Assembly (NCBI GenBank): GCA_964651815.1
Contig: CAZYWG010000006.1
Location: 23,259-87,258, forward strand
DNA from: an uncultured Gammaproteobacteria bacterium
GTDB lineage: Bacteria; Patescibacteriota; Microgenomatia; Levybacterales; GWA1-39-11
Length of the DNA: 64,000 bases
Direction: 5' to 3'
The notes under the pieces were generated by a model that was given only the letters and a program-made list of their open reading frames with translations, was not told where the DNA came from and searched no databases. The number at the start of each line of letters is the position of its first letter. The stretch's first letter is position 1. The position numbers and the translations under genes were made by a program. Shown here piece by piece: positions 17,829-27,063 of this stretch.

Positions 17829-18929
17829 TTATTCTTGCACTCTTACTGGCATTATTATGTGGACGTAGTCTGGGTCGTCCGTGGTCTTAAAAAGTGCAGG
17901 CTCAACTCCGCTTGACAACTCCATCTCAACATTTTTACTTGAGAGAGTTTTTAAAACATCGTTTAAAAATTTAACATTAAACGCAATTTCATTTTCCTCA
18001 CCCTCAATTTCTGCTTCCAACGTTGCCTCCCCTTCTCCAAGGCTTGCGGCACTAGATAAGATCTTTATTTCATGTTCAAGAACCATAATTTTAATAATAT
18101 TAGCGGCTTCTCTGGCAAAGACGGAAGATAGCCTTATTTTTTGTAAAAACTCTTCCCTATCAACGGTCGCGCGAGTTTTATTTGTTTTTGGGATTACCCT
18201 TTCATAATTTGGAAAATCCCCGTTTATTAACCTCCCTATCAAGATTGTGTCCTCAGTTTCAAATATAACTTGATTTGATTTTTTATAAATGTACATTTTG
18301 ATTATTTCATCCTTTAAAGAAAGCGCTTCGGCAATAATTTTAGAAGGTAAAATAAGAGTATCGCCTTCTTCAAGAATTTTTTTGTTTTTTATCTTTTTTA
18401 AAGATAGTCTAAAACCGTCAGTTGCAACAAAATCTATACTCTCTTCTTTTTGTGAGATTAATATTCCTGTTAATTCCGGCCTTGCCTCATCAAGCGATAC
18501 TGCAAAAATTATTTTTGCAAATATTTGTTTTAATTCATCCGTTTTAAAAGCATATATCTCTTCTCCTTTTTCTTCAAAAAGCGTAGGAAATTCCTCTTTT
18601 GATATTGTTTGAAAAACTACTTTATTTCCTCGTCCTAAAAGCGTTAATTTTTCTTTTTCTAAAGATATGCTAACTTTGTCTTTTGGAAATGACGACAAAG
18701 CTTCTAAGAATTGTTTCCCTGGTACTGTTGTTGCGCCTGTCTCTTCTACTTTTGCCGGTATTTTTATTCTTATTCCTATTTCAAGGTTAGTTGAAGAAAT
18801 AAAAAGCCCTGAGTCTTGTGCTTCTATTAAAAGGTTAGCAAGTACTGGGATTTGGGAGTGGATAGGTAATATCTTAGAAATGATTGGTAAAAATCGCTCA
18901 ACATTTTCTATAAGAAACTCTGCTTTCAT
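17829..18929 (-). CDS. dnaN: DNA polymerase III beta subunit (sliding clamp)
   Basis: 366 aa with a three-domain beta-clamp-like sequence, immediately downstream of dnaA. Confidence 0.85.
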   Translation of the reverse strand: MKAEFLIENVERFLPIISKILPIHSQIPVLANLLIEAQDSGLFISSTNLEIGIRIKIPAKVEETGATTVPGKQFLEALSSFPKDKVSISLEKEKLTLLGRGNKVVFQTISKEEFPTLFEEKGEEIYAFKTDELKQIFAKIIFAVSLDEARPELTGILISQKEESIDFVATDGFRLSLKKIKNKKILEEGDTLILPSKIIAEALSLKDEIIKMYIYKKSNQVIFETEDTILIGRLINGDFPNYERVIPKTNKTRATVDREEFLQKIRLSSVFAREAANIIKIMVLEHEIKILSSAASLGEGEATLEAEIEGEENEIAFNVKFLNDVLKTLSSKNVEMELSSGVEPALFKTTDDPDYVHIIMPVRVQE

Positions 18930-19061
18930 ATATTATTTGTAATAGTAGTAGCAGTAGTATATGTGGAGAAGTGGAATAAAGCAAGAACGCGTGCGTGAGA
19001 AAATGTGGAAAACCGGGTGATAACTTTGTGTATAGCTTGTTGATAAGTAATATTCGTCATT
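18930..19061. promoter_or_regulatory. dnaA-dnaN intergenic region with two 8/9 DnaA-box-like motifs (candidate oriC segment)
   Basis: tgtggagaa at 18962-18970 and tgtggaaaa at 19014-19022, against the consensus TGTGGATAA. An agtagtagcagtagta A/T-rich trinucleotide run lies at 18943-18958. Confidence 0.4.
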
Positions 19062-20396
19062 TTACCTGGCAAATTCTTCATTTATCTTCCTTTTTATAAA
19101 CGAGATTTCCTCACGGGTTTTGTCCGATGAATCCACATTTTTCTTTATTTTTTCCACACCATGCATAACGGTTGAATGATCACGTCCACCAAGTAGATTC
19201 CCTATTTCAACAAAAGTTAACCCCGCCTCCTCTTTTAATAAAAACATACAGATATGTCTTGGGCCAACAAGGTATGAATCTCGCCTCTCCCCTTTAAGCT
19301 GGGTTGTTTTAATATTGTAGAATGTGCAAATTGCAGAAATTATTGTGTCGGGCCTAAGCATTACATGTGTTTGCTTATTTTTTTCAAGGAGCGGTAGAAC
19401 AAGCTCAATATCAATTGTTTCACCTTGATGGTTTGCAGATGCAAGTTTTAATAAAAATCCTTCAAGAGCCCGCGCGTCTTCAATTTTTTCAGCAACTGCT
19501 TTTGCCGACTCCAACGACATTTCCATTCCGTACTTTCTGCTTTTAATAACAAGAATCGCGCACCTAAGTTCAAAGTCTGGCGGCTCAATATCAACTGACA
19601 ACCCTCCTTCAAATCTTGAGGCAAGACGTGCCTCTATTTTTTTTATTTCCGACGGTGGTCTGTCTGAAGAAAATACAATTTGGCTTCCGCGGTCAACGAG
19701 CGTGTTGAATGTATGGAAGAGCTCTTCCTGCACTTTTTCTTTTCCTGCAAGAAATTGTATGTCATCAAGCAGTAAGAGATTAACGTTCCTGAATTTTTTC
19801 CTTAATTCACCGGTTGCTTTCTCCATGATTGCCTCAACTACCTCATTTGTAAATTCTTCAGTAGTCATATAGAGAATTTTAAAGTTTTCACTTTCATCAA
19901 AAGCCTTATTTGCAATTGCGTTCATAAGGTGGGTTTTTCCAACCCCAACCGTACCATAAAGAAAAAGCGGGTTATATTTGCTTCCGGGGTCTGAGGCAAC
20001 GGTTAGCGCTGCAGTGTAGGCAAGTTGATTACTTGCTGACACTGCAAGCGACTCAAAGGTGTAGTCACTCCTTATTCTGGGTGGCCTTATTTTTGAGTGA
20101 GACGCGAGGTCTTTTACAAAAAGGGGACCTGGAGTGTCTATAACCTTTTTTTGTGGCATTCCGGAAGACAGAAAAACAAGGCTAACATTCTGTCCAGTTT
20201 TCTTGTCAATGATCCTTTTAATAAGTGAATAATATCTTTCTTCTATATATTTTCCGGCCATTGGGGTGTGGGAATTAATTGTTGCTACGGAATTATTAAT
20301 TGAGGCAAGCTTTGCAGGTTTGAAAAAACCCAAGAAAACCGGCTTTGAGACCTCGAGTTCAATTTCAGCTAAAACTTGTTTCCAAAGTTCATCCAT
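19062..20396 (-). CDS. dnaA: Chromosomal replication initiator protein DnaA
   Basis: AAA+ Walker A GTVGVGKTHLMNAI. C-terminal DNA-binding helix-turn-helix ...RDHSTVMHGVEKIKK. Confidence 0.9.
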   Translation of the reverse strand: MDELWKQVLAEIELEVSKPVFLGFFKPAKLASINNSVATINSHTPMAGKYIEERYYSLIKRIIDKKTGQNVSLVFLSSGMPQKKVIDTPGPLFVKDLASHSKIRPPRIRSDYTFESLAVSASNQLAYTAALTVASDPGSKYNPLFLYGTVGVGKTHLMNAIANKAFDESENFKILYMTTEEFTNEVVEAIMEKATGELRKKFRNVNLLLLDDIQFLAGKEKVQEELFHTFNTLVDRGSQIVFSSDRPPSEIKKIEARLASRFEGGLSVDIEPPDFELRCAILVIKSRKYGMEMSLESAKAVAEKIEDARALEGFLLKLASANHQGETIDIELVLPLLEKNKQTHVMLRPDTIISAICTFYNIKTTQLKGERRDSYLVGPRHICMFLLKEEAGLTFVEIGNLLGGRDHSTVMHGVEKIKKNVDSSDKTREEISFIKRKINEEFAR

Positions 20397-20443
20397 AAAG
20401 AGGCATAAAATGAGCAGAAAAAATTAGTACCAAAGTATACGAA

Positions 20444-20500
20444 TGTGGATAACTTTTTGTCAAGAGTCGTTTTATTGCTATACTCTATCAATATGGATAA
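20444..20500. promoter_or_regulatory. DnaA boxes upstream of dnaA (candidate oriC / autoregulatory region)
   Basis: Perfect TGTGGATAA at 20444-20452 and an 8/9 box tatggataa at 20492-20500. Confidence 0.5.
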
Positions 20501-20648
20501 TTTTGAAGAAATAAGCGGAGACGTTAGGAGTGTCTTGAATATGCCTCTTCAGAATTGTCCAAAATGCGGAGAGATAATTGGTGCATTTTCAGGAGGACGC
20601 GACGCCGTCTGCCAAAACTGCGGCTATAAAGACCCTTGCTGCGAATGA
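20493..20648 (+). CDS. Small zinc-ribbon protein (about 51 aa; the ORF track alternative starts at 20445)
   Basis: CPKCGEIIGAFSGGRDAVCQNCG, a CxxC...CxxC motif. Both candidate ATGs overlap the DnaA boxes, so it is uncertain whether this is a real gene. Confidence 0.3.
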   Translation: MDNFEEISGDVRSVLNMPLQNCPKCGEIIGAFSGGRDAVCQNCGYKDPCCE

Positions 20649-20674
20649 TTTAGTCTTAGACTATAATATGATTT

Positions 20675-23068
20675 ATGAGAATAGGTTTTTTCACAGACGG
20701 ATTTTTACCTCAGCCAAATGGCGTTGCAACATCAGTTTCTGAGACTGCTTATGAGTTAGAACGGCGGGGACATGAAGTATATATTATTGCTCCCAAATAT
20801 CCTGGATTTGTTGACCAAAACCCGCACGTTATAAGACTTACCTCTTTTAGCATACATAAGCCTACAAAAACACGGTTTGTTTTAAGTCTTCCGGATAAGT
20901 CATTGCGTAAAATTCTCTCAATGGATTTTGACATAATTCATGGGCATAGCGGGGGTTCTGTAACGCTACTCGGGTGGGAGATTTCACGCGCCAAAAAGAT
21001 TCCTTTTGTTGCAACCTATCATACGCTTTGGAATAGGTATACACACTATTTTTTGAAAGGAAAAGTTGTTACTCCAAAAATGATGGAACAAGCAACTAAA
21101 ATTTTTGGAAACAGGGTGGATTTTTTGATCGCGCCAACTCCCCGCGTTGAAAAAGAATTAACACGCTACGGCGTTAAACGTCCCATAAAGGTAGTGCCTT
21201 CTGGAATTGACGTAGAAAAATTTAAAAATGCAAAGCCGGGGTTTTTAAGAACCAAATTGCGCCTTTCTGAAAACACACCAATCCTTTTATATGTGGGGAG
21301 GCTTGGGCACGAGAAATCGGTCGATTTCATTTTGAGAAGTTTTAAAAAAATTGTAGAACACGATTCAAGCACTCATTTTGTAATTGTGGGGGACGGCGTT
21401 GATAGGAAAAAGCTTGAAGCGCTTAGCCGCCGCCTGAAGGTCTCAGAAAATACCCATTTTTTTGGAGATGTAAAAAGTACCGATATCCAAAAAGTTTATG
21501 CAGACGCAACAGTTTTTGTATTTGCCTCAACAACAGAGACGCAGGGGCTTGTTGTGCCTGAAGCGCTTGCCGCAGGCGTCCCTGTTGTCACAATTGATGA
21601 CCCGGCTTTTGAATGTGTTGAAAATGGGAAAAACGGATACAGGGTTGGAGAAAATGAAGAGGAATTTGCTCTGAAAACGCTTTCAATAATAGAGAACAAG
21701 GATTTAAGAGCAGAGCTTTCAAGGTATGCAAGTCAAAGCGCTGAAAATTTGTCTGTCAAAAAAACAGTAGATAGTCTTGAGCAGATTTATTTTTCTCTTT
21801 TTGAGAAAAGTAACAAAGAAAGTGTCGCGCGTATAATGTCAACAAATGCAAGAAATGAAGCAGTATTTAGTATTTCAGCCACATTTTGGGTAACAGTTAT
21901 CTTGACGCGTCTTTTGACTCTCTTAAACCACAATAATTTATATCCTAAAATAAATATGTTTAATCAATCTTTTTACCAATCAACGGCCGGTTTTATATTA
22001 ATTCTTTTATTTCTTGCACTTTTTGTGCGCAGACGCAACATTAGCGGTTTGTCGGTTCTAGCACTCGGGGTGGGCGCCGGGCTCGTTTTAAATGAAGCAT
22101 GGTCTATTATTTTTAGCCATGCGGTTTATCTTGATTATTGGAATATATTTAATTTTCTCCCGATATTTTTGGCTGGAATTCTCCCGGTGCTTTTCTTCCA
22201 TGACAAAGTAAATGACAGGCCAAAGTTTTATATAGGGACACGCCAGTTAAAGCATATAAATCCTGAAAAGCCGCGAGTCACGGTTGTTGTCCCTGCATAT
22301 AACGAAGCGGAATTTATTGTGCCTACTCTCAAAAGCTTAATTAACCAAACTTATCAGGAATTTGAACTAATAGTAGTTGATAACAATTCAACGGATTCTA
22401 CGGCTGAAGTTGCCGCTGAATATGGTGCTCGTGTGGTCGTTCAAAAAATAAAAGGGGTGGCGGCGGCCAGGCAAGCTGGGTTTTTTGAAGCGAAAGGCGA
22501 AATAATTGTGTCTACAGACGCAGATTCTGTCATTCCGGAAAACTGGCTCGAGCAAATTATTAAAAGATATGATCAAAATGAAAATCTTGTTGGATTTGGA
22601 GGCCTAAGCCTTTTATACTCGGGCGCCGTGTCGGCCCGCGCTGCGGGACGCTATTTATTCCCTCTTTTTTGGCAAGTAGATAAAATTCTCTCAGGCGGTT
22701 GGAATATGGCTGGGTTTAATATGTCTGTCAGGAAAAATGCATTCTTAAAAATTGGTGGATTTAACGCCGACCTTAAAATGGGAGAAGACATAGACCTTTC
22801 GCAGAACCTTAGAAAGGTTGGGACTGTTGAAATAGATCCAGAGCTTATTGCTTATGCCTCAGGACGCCGGTTTGCAGATGGTCTTACCCCGGGCCTTATG
22901 ATATACGGTCCGTGGTGGGTATCAAAAGTTATACTGAGGCGGGAAAAGCCGTTTGAGTTCCCAGCAGTTAGAAGCGAAAAATCAAAAAATTCAGCTACTG
23001 GCTTTTTGCCAATTTCATTTGCAATAGTGCTGCTCTCCTTAATGTTCTATATAGCAAATGCAATTTAA
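20675..23068 (+). CDS. Bifunctional glycosyltransferase: N-terminal GT4 (GT-B) domain, central TM segments, C-terminal GT2 (GT-A) domain
   Basis: N-terminus MRIGFFTDGFLPQPNGVATSV and ...TETQGLVVPEALAAGVPVV (GT4). C-terminus VTVVVPAYNEAEFIVPTLKSLINQ..ELIVVDNNSTDST and STDADSV (GT2 DxD). Four or five TM helices between the two domains. Confidence 0.75.
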   Translation: MRIGFFTDGFLPQPNGVATSVSETAYELERRGHEVYIIAPKYPGFVDQNPHVIRLTSFSIHKPTKTRFVLSLPDKSLRKILSMDFDIIHGHSGGSVTLLGWEISRAKKIPFVATYHTLWNRYTHYFLKGKVVTPKMMEQATKIFGNRVDFLIAPTPRVEKELTRYGVKRPIKVVPSGIDVEKFKNAKPGFLRTKLRLSENTPILLYVGRLGHEKSVDFILRSFKKIVEHDSSTHFVIVGDGVDRKKLEALSRRLKVSENTHFFGDVKSTDIQKVYADATVFVFASTTETQGLVVPEALAAGVPVVTIDDPAFECVENGKNGYRVGENEEEFALKTLSIIENKDLRAELSRYASQSAENLSVKKTVDSLEQIYFSLFEKSNKESVARIMSTNARNEAVFSISATFWVTVILTRLLTLLNHNNLYPKINMFNQSFYQSTAGFILILLFLALFVRRRNISGLSVLALGVGAGLVLNEAWSIIFSHAVYLDYWNIFNFLPIFLAGILPVLFFHDKVNDRPKFYIGTRQLKHINPEKPRVTVVVPAYNEAEFIVPTLKSLINQTYQEFELIVVDNNSTDSTAEVAAEYGARVVVQKIKGVAAARQAGFFEAKGEIIVSTDADSVIPENWLEQIIKRYDQNENLVGFGGLSLLYSGAVSARAAGRYLFPLFWQVDKILSGGWNMAGFNMSVRKNAFLKIGGFNADLKMGEDIDLSQNLRKVGTVEIDPELIAYASGRRFADGLTPGLMIYGPWWVSKVILRREKPFEFPAVRSEKSKNSATGFLPISFAIVLLSLMFYIANAI

Positions 23069-24049
23069 TTAGTCCAGATTTTTGTAAACAACAACAAGAA
23101 GAGAAATAAACGGTATTGCTAGAAGCGCACCTATAATACCAAGTAGTTTACCCCCGGTAATAATCGCAAGTATGATAACAATCGGATTGAGTCCAACAGC
23201 CCGTTGCATAACTCGAGGTACAACCACGTGGTTTTCAATTAGCTGAATAAAAACATAAGAGATTCCAACAGCCCCAGCCATAGTAAGAGAAATATTAAAA
23301 GCGACAATAAGTGCTGGAATTGCAGAAATAATAGGTCCAATTGTTGGGACAAGCTCAAAAACTCCAGCAATAACAGCCAATGGCAGCGCAAATTCTATGC
23401 CAAGTACAGTTAACACAAACCACGTAAGCATTCCAATTACAAATGACAAAACAATTTGTCCTCTTAGCCAGCTACCTAGCTTATCTTCCACTAAAACAGT
23501 TGTCCGTTTTACTTTTTCTGCGCTTTTTTTTGGGAAAAGAGTGACAAAGCTACGCCTAACCGTTTCGCGATATAAAAGAAGATAGAAAGATATTGCAAAA
23601 ACACTAATGATTGAAAAAATACTCCCAAAAATTTTGCTAGTAATTGATAATGCGCCGCTACCTATATTATTAATCTCTGAAGCAGCAAATGTTGTAAGTT
23701 GACTGGCGTCAATTGCCACTCCAAGAAGCTTTGCCTCGCGGTATAGATAGGCAGGAAAGGACGAGAGTAAAAGTTGAATTTGTGATATTAAAAATGGCAA
23801 AAGCGAAAGAATTACCACAAAAATCAAAGCGACACTTATGAAGTATGGAATAGCCGCAGCAAAAGCTCTTGGCACTCTCTTTTTTTCAAGGAAATTAGAA
23901 TAAGGTTCAATTGCAGCCATAAGAATATACGCCACAAAAAAAGCAATAAGCACATCCCTGACTTCAATAACAAGCCAAGTAGCGGCAATAACTAAAAGCG
24001 CTGTTAGTATTTGATTTTGAAATATGTATTTGGCCAGCCGTTTTCTCAC
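23069..24049 (-). CDS. AI-2E family (PerM/UPF0118) transporter
   Basis: Eight-TM pattern with the C-terminal signature ...GVFELVPTIGPIISAIPALIVAF. Confidence 0.7.
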   Translation of the reverse strand: MRKRLAKYIFQNQILTALLVIAATWLVIEVRDVLIAFFVAYILMAAIEPYSNFLEKKRVPRAFAAAIPYFISVALIFVVILSLLPFLISQIQLLLSSFPAYLYREAKLLGVAIDASQLTTFAASEINNIGSGALSITSKIFGSIFSIISVFAISFYLLLYRETVRRSFVTLFPKKSAEKVKRTTVLVEDKLGSWLRGQIVLSFVIGMLTWFVLTVLGIEFALPLAVIAGVFELVPTIGPIISAIPALIVAFNISLTMAGAVGISYVFIQLIENHVVVPRVMQRAVGLNPIVIILAIITGGKLLGIIGALLAIPFISLLVVVYKNLD

Positions 24050-24084
24050 ACGGCAATTATAACATTATAGGATGTAAAGAGCAA

Positions 24085-24711
24085 TTGGTGTATAATAAAT
24101 TAGTGGACAAGATTTTGATTCTTGACATAGACGGAACACTTTTTAATTCTAACCGTTTTGGAGAGCAGATTCGCGCCGAATTTATTAAGATACTCGGAAT
24201 TGAGGAAGATGATTTAGTAAGGACAATTGCCGACTATTATGCAGCGCTTGAACACTACTCCGATTTTAACCCAAGAGAAATAACTGACTTTGTTTCTAAG
24301 CGCTATTCTGTAGATCGCGCGTTACTTGACGAGGTTTTCTGGGGGGAAGATGTGATTTATAGAGAATCATTATATTCTGAAACAGTTGACGTTCTTAAAA
24401 AACTTTCAGGAAATAAAACGCTCGGGATCTTCTCACAAGGCAACCAAGAATTACAAGAAAGAAAATTAACGGCAGCAGGAATTATTAAGTTTTTTGACCC
24501 CGGATATATTTTTGTCCACGCAAGAAAGCTTTCGGATGAAGCAATAGCAATTCTGCCGCGCGCCTCAACTGTAATTGACGATAATCATGATGTAGCCGTC
24601 ACTATCTCCTCGTTTGTTAACTCAATCTGGATAAACAGACGAACTGAAGATAAGGATTCCCAAGTCAAAACAATCCACAATTTGAATGAGTTAATAGCAA
24701 ATAGTAAATAG
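24085..24711 (+). CDS. HAD-superfamily hydrolase
   Basis: Motif I ILILDIDGTLFNS (DxDGT). Confidence 0.7.
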   Translation: MVYNKLVDKILILDIDGTLFNSNRFGEQIRAEFIKILGIEEDDLVRTIADYYAALEHYSDFNPREITDFVSKRYSVDRALLDEVFWGEDVIYRESLYSETVDVLKKLSGNKTLGIFSQGNQELQERKLTAAGIIKFFDPGYIFVHARKLSDEAIAILPRASTVIDDNHDVAVTISSFVNSIWINRRTEDKDSQVKTIHNLNELIANSK

Positions 24712-24712
24712 T

Positions 24713-25492
24713 TTATTTTTTGCCAACCACAACCCACATGGCTTTACCTTCTATTAAATCGTCGACATTTAAGCCTGCTTTTGTAAACTCTTCCGCTATC
24801 TCATCACGAGTAAAACGGTGAGAAGTAAATACTCTTTTTCCGTTAACGTGTATAGCTACGTCGTGATTTTTTTGATCATACCAGAATTGTGGCATAGCAT
24901 GGTGCTCATCCATAACAGAGTCCCAAAAAAAGCTATATCCTGCATACTCAATAATTTCTGCTAGCAAGTTATTGTCGTTTGGATTTAGGGTCTGGAGATG
25001 GTCCGATTTTTTAATACGACTTGCAAGTTTAACATGCTGGGTTCTTTTGTATACTGAAATAATAACGCGATCATCCGGCTTCATTACCGAATGAACATTC
25101 CTTAATGCGAGAATTCTTTCACTCTTACTGAAGTTCCCAAACGTGTTAATTAATGACAGATAAATTAATGGATTATTAGCATTTTCCTTCGCGATTTTTT
25201 GAGAATACTTTGGTTTAAACAAATCATCAACGTAAAGCTCTACTTCGTGGCTGCATTTATTGGCTACCTTTTGACAGAAATCAATCATAACGGGGGAATA
25301 GTCTATTCCAATTATCTTTGCTACATTTTTTAATTTATCTATCCATGCTAATTCTCTACCTGTTCCAATACCTAGGTCTACTAAAACTTTTTCTTTCTGA
25401 GGCGCAAATGATTCTATAACACCCACCACAATTTTTTCATCAACAACTCCGGAGGCTCCTTTGGTTGCTTCTTCGTGGTATTCTTGAGGCAT
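24713..25492 (-). CDS. Class I SAM-dependent methyltransferase. The start is uncertain because the ORF-track start at 25597 overlaps the upstream gene.
   Basis: VLVDLGIGTGRELAWI glycine-rich SAM loop. An internal Met (MPQEYHEE) gives a non-overlapping start. Confidence 0.6.
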   Translation of the reverse strand: MPQEYHEEATKGASGVVDEKIVVGVIESFAPQKEKVLVDLGIGTGRELAWIDKLKNVAKIIGIDYSPVMIDFCQKVANKCSHEVELYVDDLFKPKYSQKIAKENANNPLIYLSLINTFGNFSKSERILALRNVHSVMKPDDRVIISVYKRTQHVKLASRIKKSDHLQTLNPNDNNLLAEIIEYAGYSFFWDSVMDEHHAMPQFWYDQKNHDVAIHVNGKRVFTSHRFTRDEIAEEFTKAGLNVDDLIEGKAMWVVVGKK

Positions 25493-25520
25493 TTTAGTGT
25501 GAAACCAAAACGCTTTGTGG

Positions 25521-26132
25521 TTATTCGTTGTCATCTTGAAGCACGGTTTTTTCTTTTTGAAAGATAATCTTTGGATTAGGTGCAGCAATTGGGTCAAATA
25601 TCCACTCCTCTTTCCATTCTACAGGAGTAAATGACCAGGCTTTAGATATCCAGCCTTGTTTAGAAGCTCTAGTAAAAAAATCAACTAATTGATTCTGAGA
25701 TTTTGTTGACACGACGAGCATTATATCCCACTCGTTACCTTGCAATATATATGCATGACGAATTATGTCGATATTCATCTCTTTTTCAACTTCTTTAAGT
25801 CCCGTTAAATAATCTTTAGTTACCCATCCAACGGGAAATTTTGTTTCCATTCCAATAACTGGGGGTTGAATAGCAGCTTTAACTAAAACTATGTAATATC
25901 CGTCCCAAACCTTAACCTGATCCAAAATTGAAACGCGATCTTTGAGGAGAATTTTCTTTTCTCGGAGACTTTTTATTCGATTTTTTGCTTCTGTTGCATC
26001 AATCCCCACTTTTTTTGCGAGTGCTTCATATTCTTGTTCTGAAAACTCTTTTTCTTTTGCGAGTTCCCACATTATTTCAACATCTTTTTTATCAACACTT
26101 GCCTCGGTCAATTTTCTATAAATACTTGCCAT
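25521..26132 (-). CDS. Lrp/AsnC-like transcriptional regulator (extended; 203 aa)
   Basis: KKDVEIMWELAKEKEFSEQEYEALAKKVGIDATEAKNRIKSLREKKIL fits the Lrp HTH consensus. A beta-rich C-terminal half follows. Confidence 0.4.
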   Translation of the reverse strand: MASIYRKLTEASVDKKDVEIMWELAKEKEFSEQEYEALAKKVGIDATEAKNRIKSLREKKILLKDRVSILDQVKVWDGYYIVLVKAAIQPPVIGMETKFPVGWVTKDYLTGLKEVEKEMNIDIIRHAYILQGNEWDIMLVVSTKSQNQLVDFFTRASKQGWISKAWSFTPVEWKEEWIFDPIAAPNPKIIFQKEKTVLQDDNE

Positions 26133-26189
26133 GATTTGGATTATACTACTCTAGAAGTTAAGTTCAAATGCCTCTGCTATAATCTGACT

Positions 26190-26666
26190 ATGGTAATTTT
26201 GGGGATTGATCCGGGGATTGGCAGAACTGGTTGGGGAATAATTGACAAACAGGGTTCAAAAACAAAATCGTTAGGCTATGGATGCATTGAAACTGAAGCA
26301 GGACTTCCTTTAGAAAGACGCCTCCAAATAATTTGCGAAGAACTCGTTAAGATAATAAAAAAACACAAACCACATATGATGGGTATCGAAGATCTTTTCT
26401 TCAATACGAATGCCAAAACTGCCTTAATTGTTGGACAAGCTCGGGGAGCAATTATTGTTACGGCAGTGGGTCTTGGTTTGGAAATATTTTCCTACACTCC
26501 CCTTCAGGTTAAGACAGCAGTGACGGGATACGGACGAGCAGAAAAAGCGCAAATGGGGAAAATGGTAAAGATGCTTTTAAATTTGCCGGAAATACCAAAA
26601 CCTGATGATACGTGTGACGCGCTAGCCTGCGCGCTAGCCTGCGCGTTTTCTAGGAAGAACATTTAG
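26190..26666 (+). CDS. ruvC: Crossover junction endodeoxyribonuclease RuvC
   Basis: MVILGIDPGIGRTGWGII start. A TATAAT box at 26178-26183 lies 6 nt before the ATG (leaderless?). The 3' end carries a perfect 12-bp tandem duplication gcgctagcctgc x2 (26619-26642), giving ALACALAC. Confidence 0.85.
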   Translation: MVILGIDPGIGRTGWGIIDKQGSKTKSLGYGCIETEAGLPLERRLQIICEELVKIIKKHKPHMMGIEDLFFNTNAKTALIVGQARGAIIVTAVGLGLEIFSYTPLQVKTAVTGYGRAEKAQMGKMVKMLLNLPEIPKPDDTCDALACALACAFSRKNI

Positions 26667-27061
26667 GGCTTAAGCAGGGGTATAAAATTTGCATCTGACT
26701 CGGGTCCAAGCCCCAGAGCTGAGAGGATTACATTTACCATAACAAAAAAAGCGGCAGTAGCCAAAAATCCCACAATACCAAAAATAAGCTTCTGTTTTGC
26801 ACTGCTTTGTTTCACTCTGTCTCCTCTCGATAAAACCAGCTGAAAAATTCCCATTAAAATTAGTAATATCGATGAGAGAAATCCAAAAACAATGATCGCT
26901 TCCAGAAAAAAGTAAATTAGATAGTCGTAACCTAAGGACGTATCCGGCATAGTTATTTGGTCAGGAGGTGTTGCAACGTAGTCAGTCGATTTTAAAACGT
27001 CAGCATGGGCTGGCAAAGCAAAAAGCAGGAATAAAGGGAAAGTTAATAGAGCCTTTTTCAT
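26663..27061 (-). CDS. TrbC/VirB2-like pilin family protein
   Basis: Signal peptide MKKALLTFPLFLLFALPAHA. Two TM helices around SRGDRVKQSSAKQKLIFGIVGFLA. Inserted between ruvC and ruvA on the opposite strand. Confidence 0.5.
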   Translation of the reverse strand: MKKALLTFPLFLLFALPAHADVLKSTDYVATPPDQITMPDTSLGYDYLIYFFLEAIIVFGFLSSILLILMGIFQLVLSRGDRVKQSSAKQKLIFGIVGFLATAAFFVMVNVILSALGLGPESDANFIPLLKP

Positions 27062-27063
27062 AA

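Noticed and set aside
24713-25597. Full 294-aa methyltransferase ORF overlapping the upstream Lrp-like gene by 77 nt
   Set aside because: The overlap disappears if translation starts at an internal Met (25492). The N-terminal extension has no SAM-MTase features.
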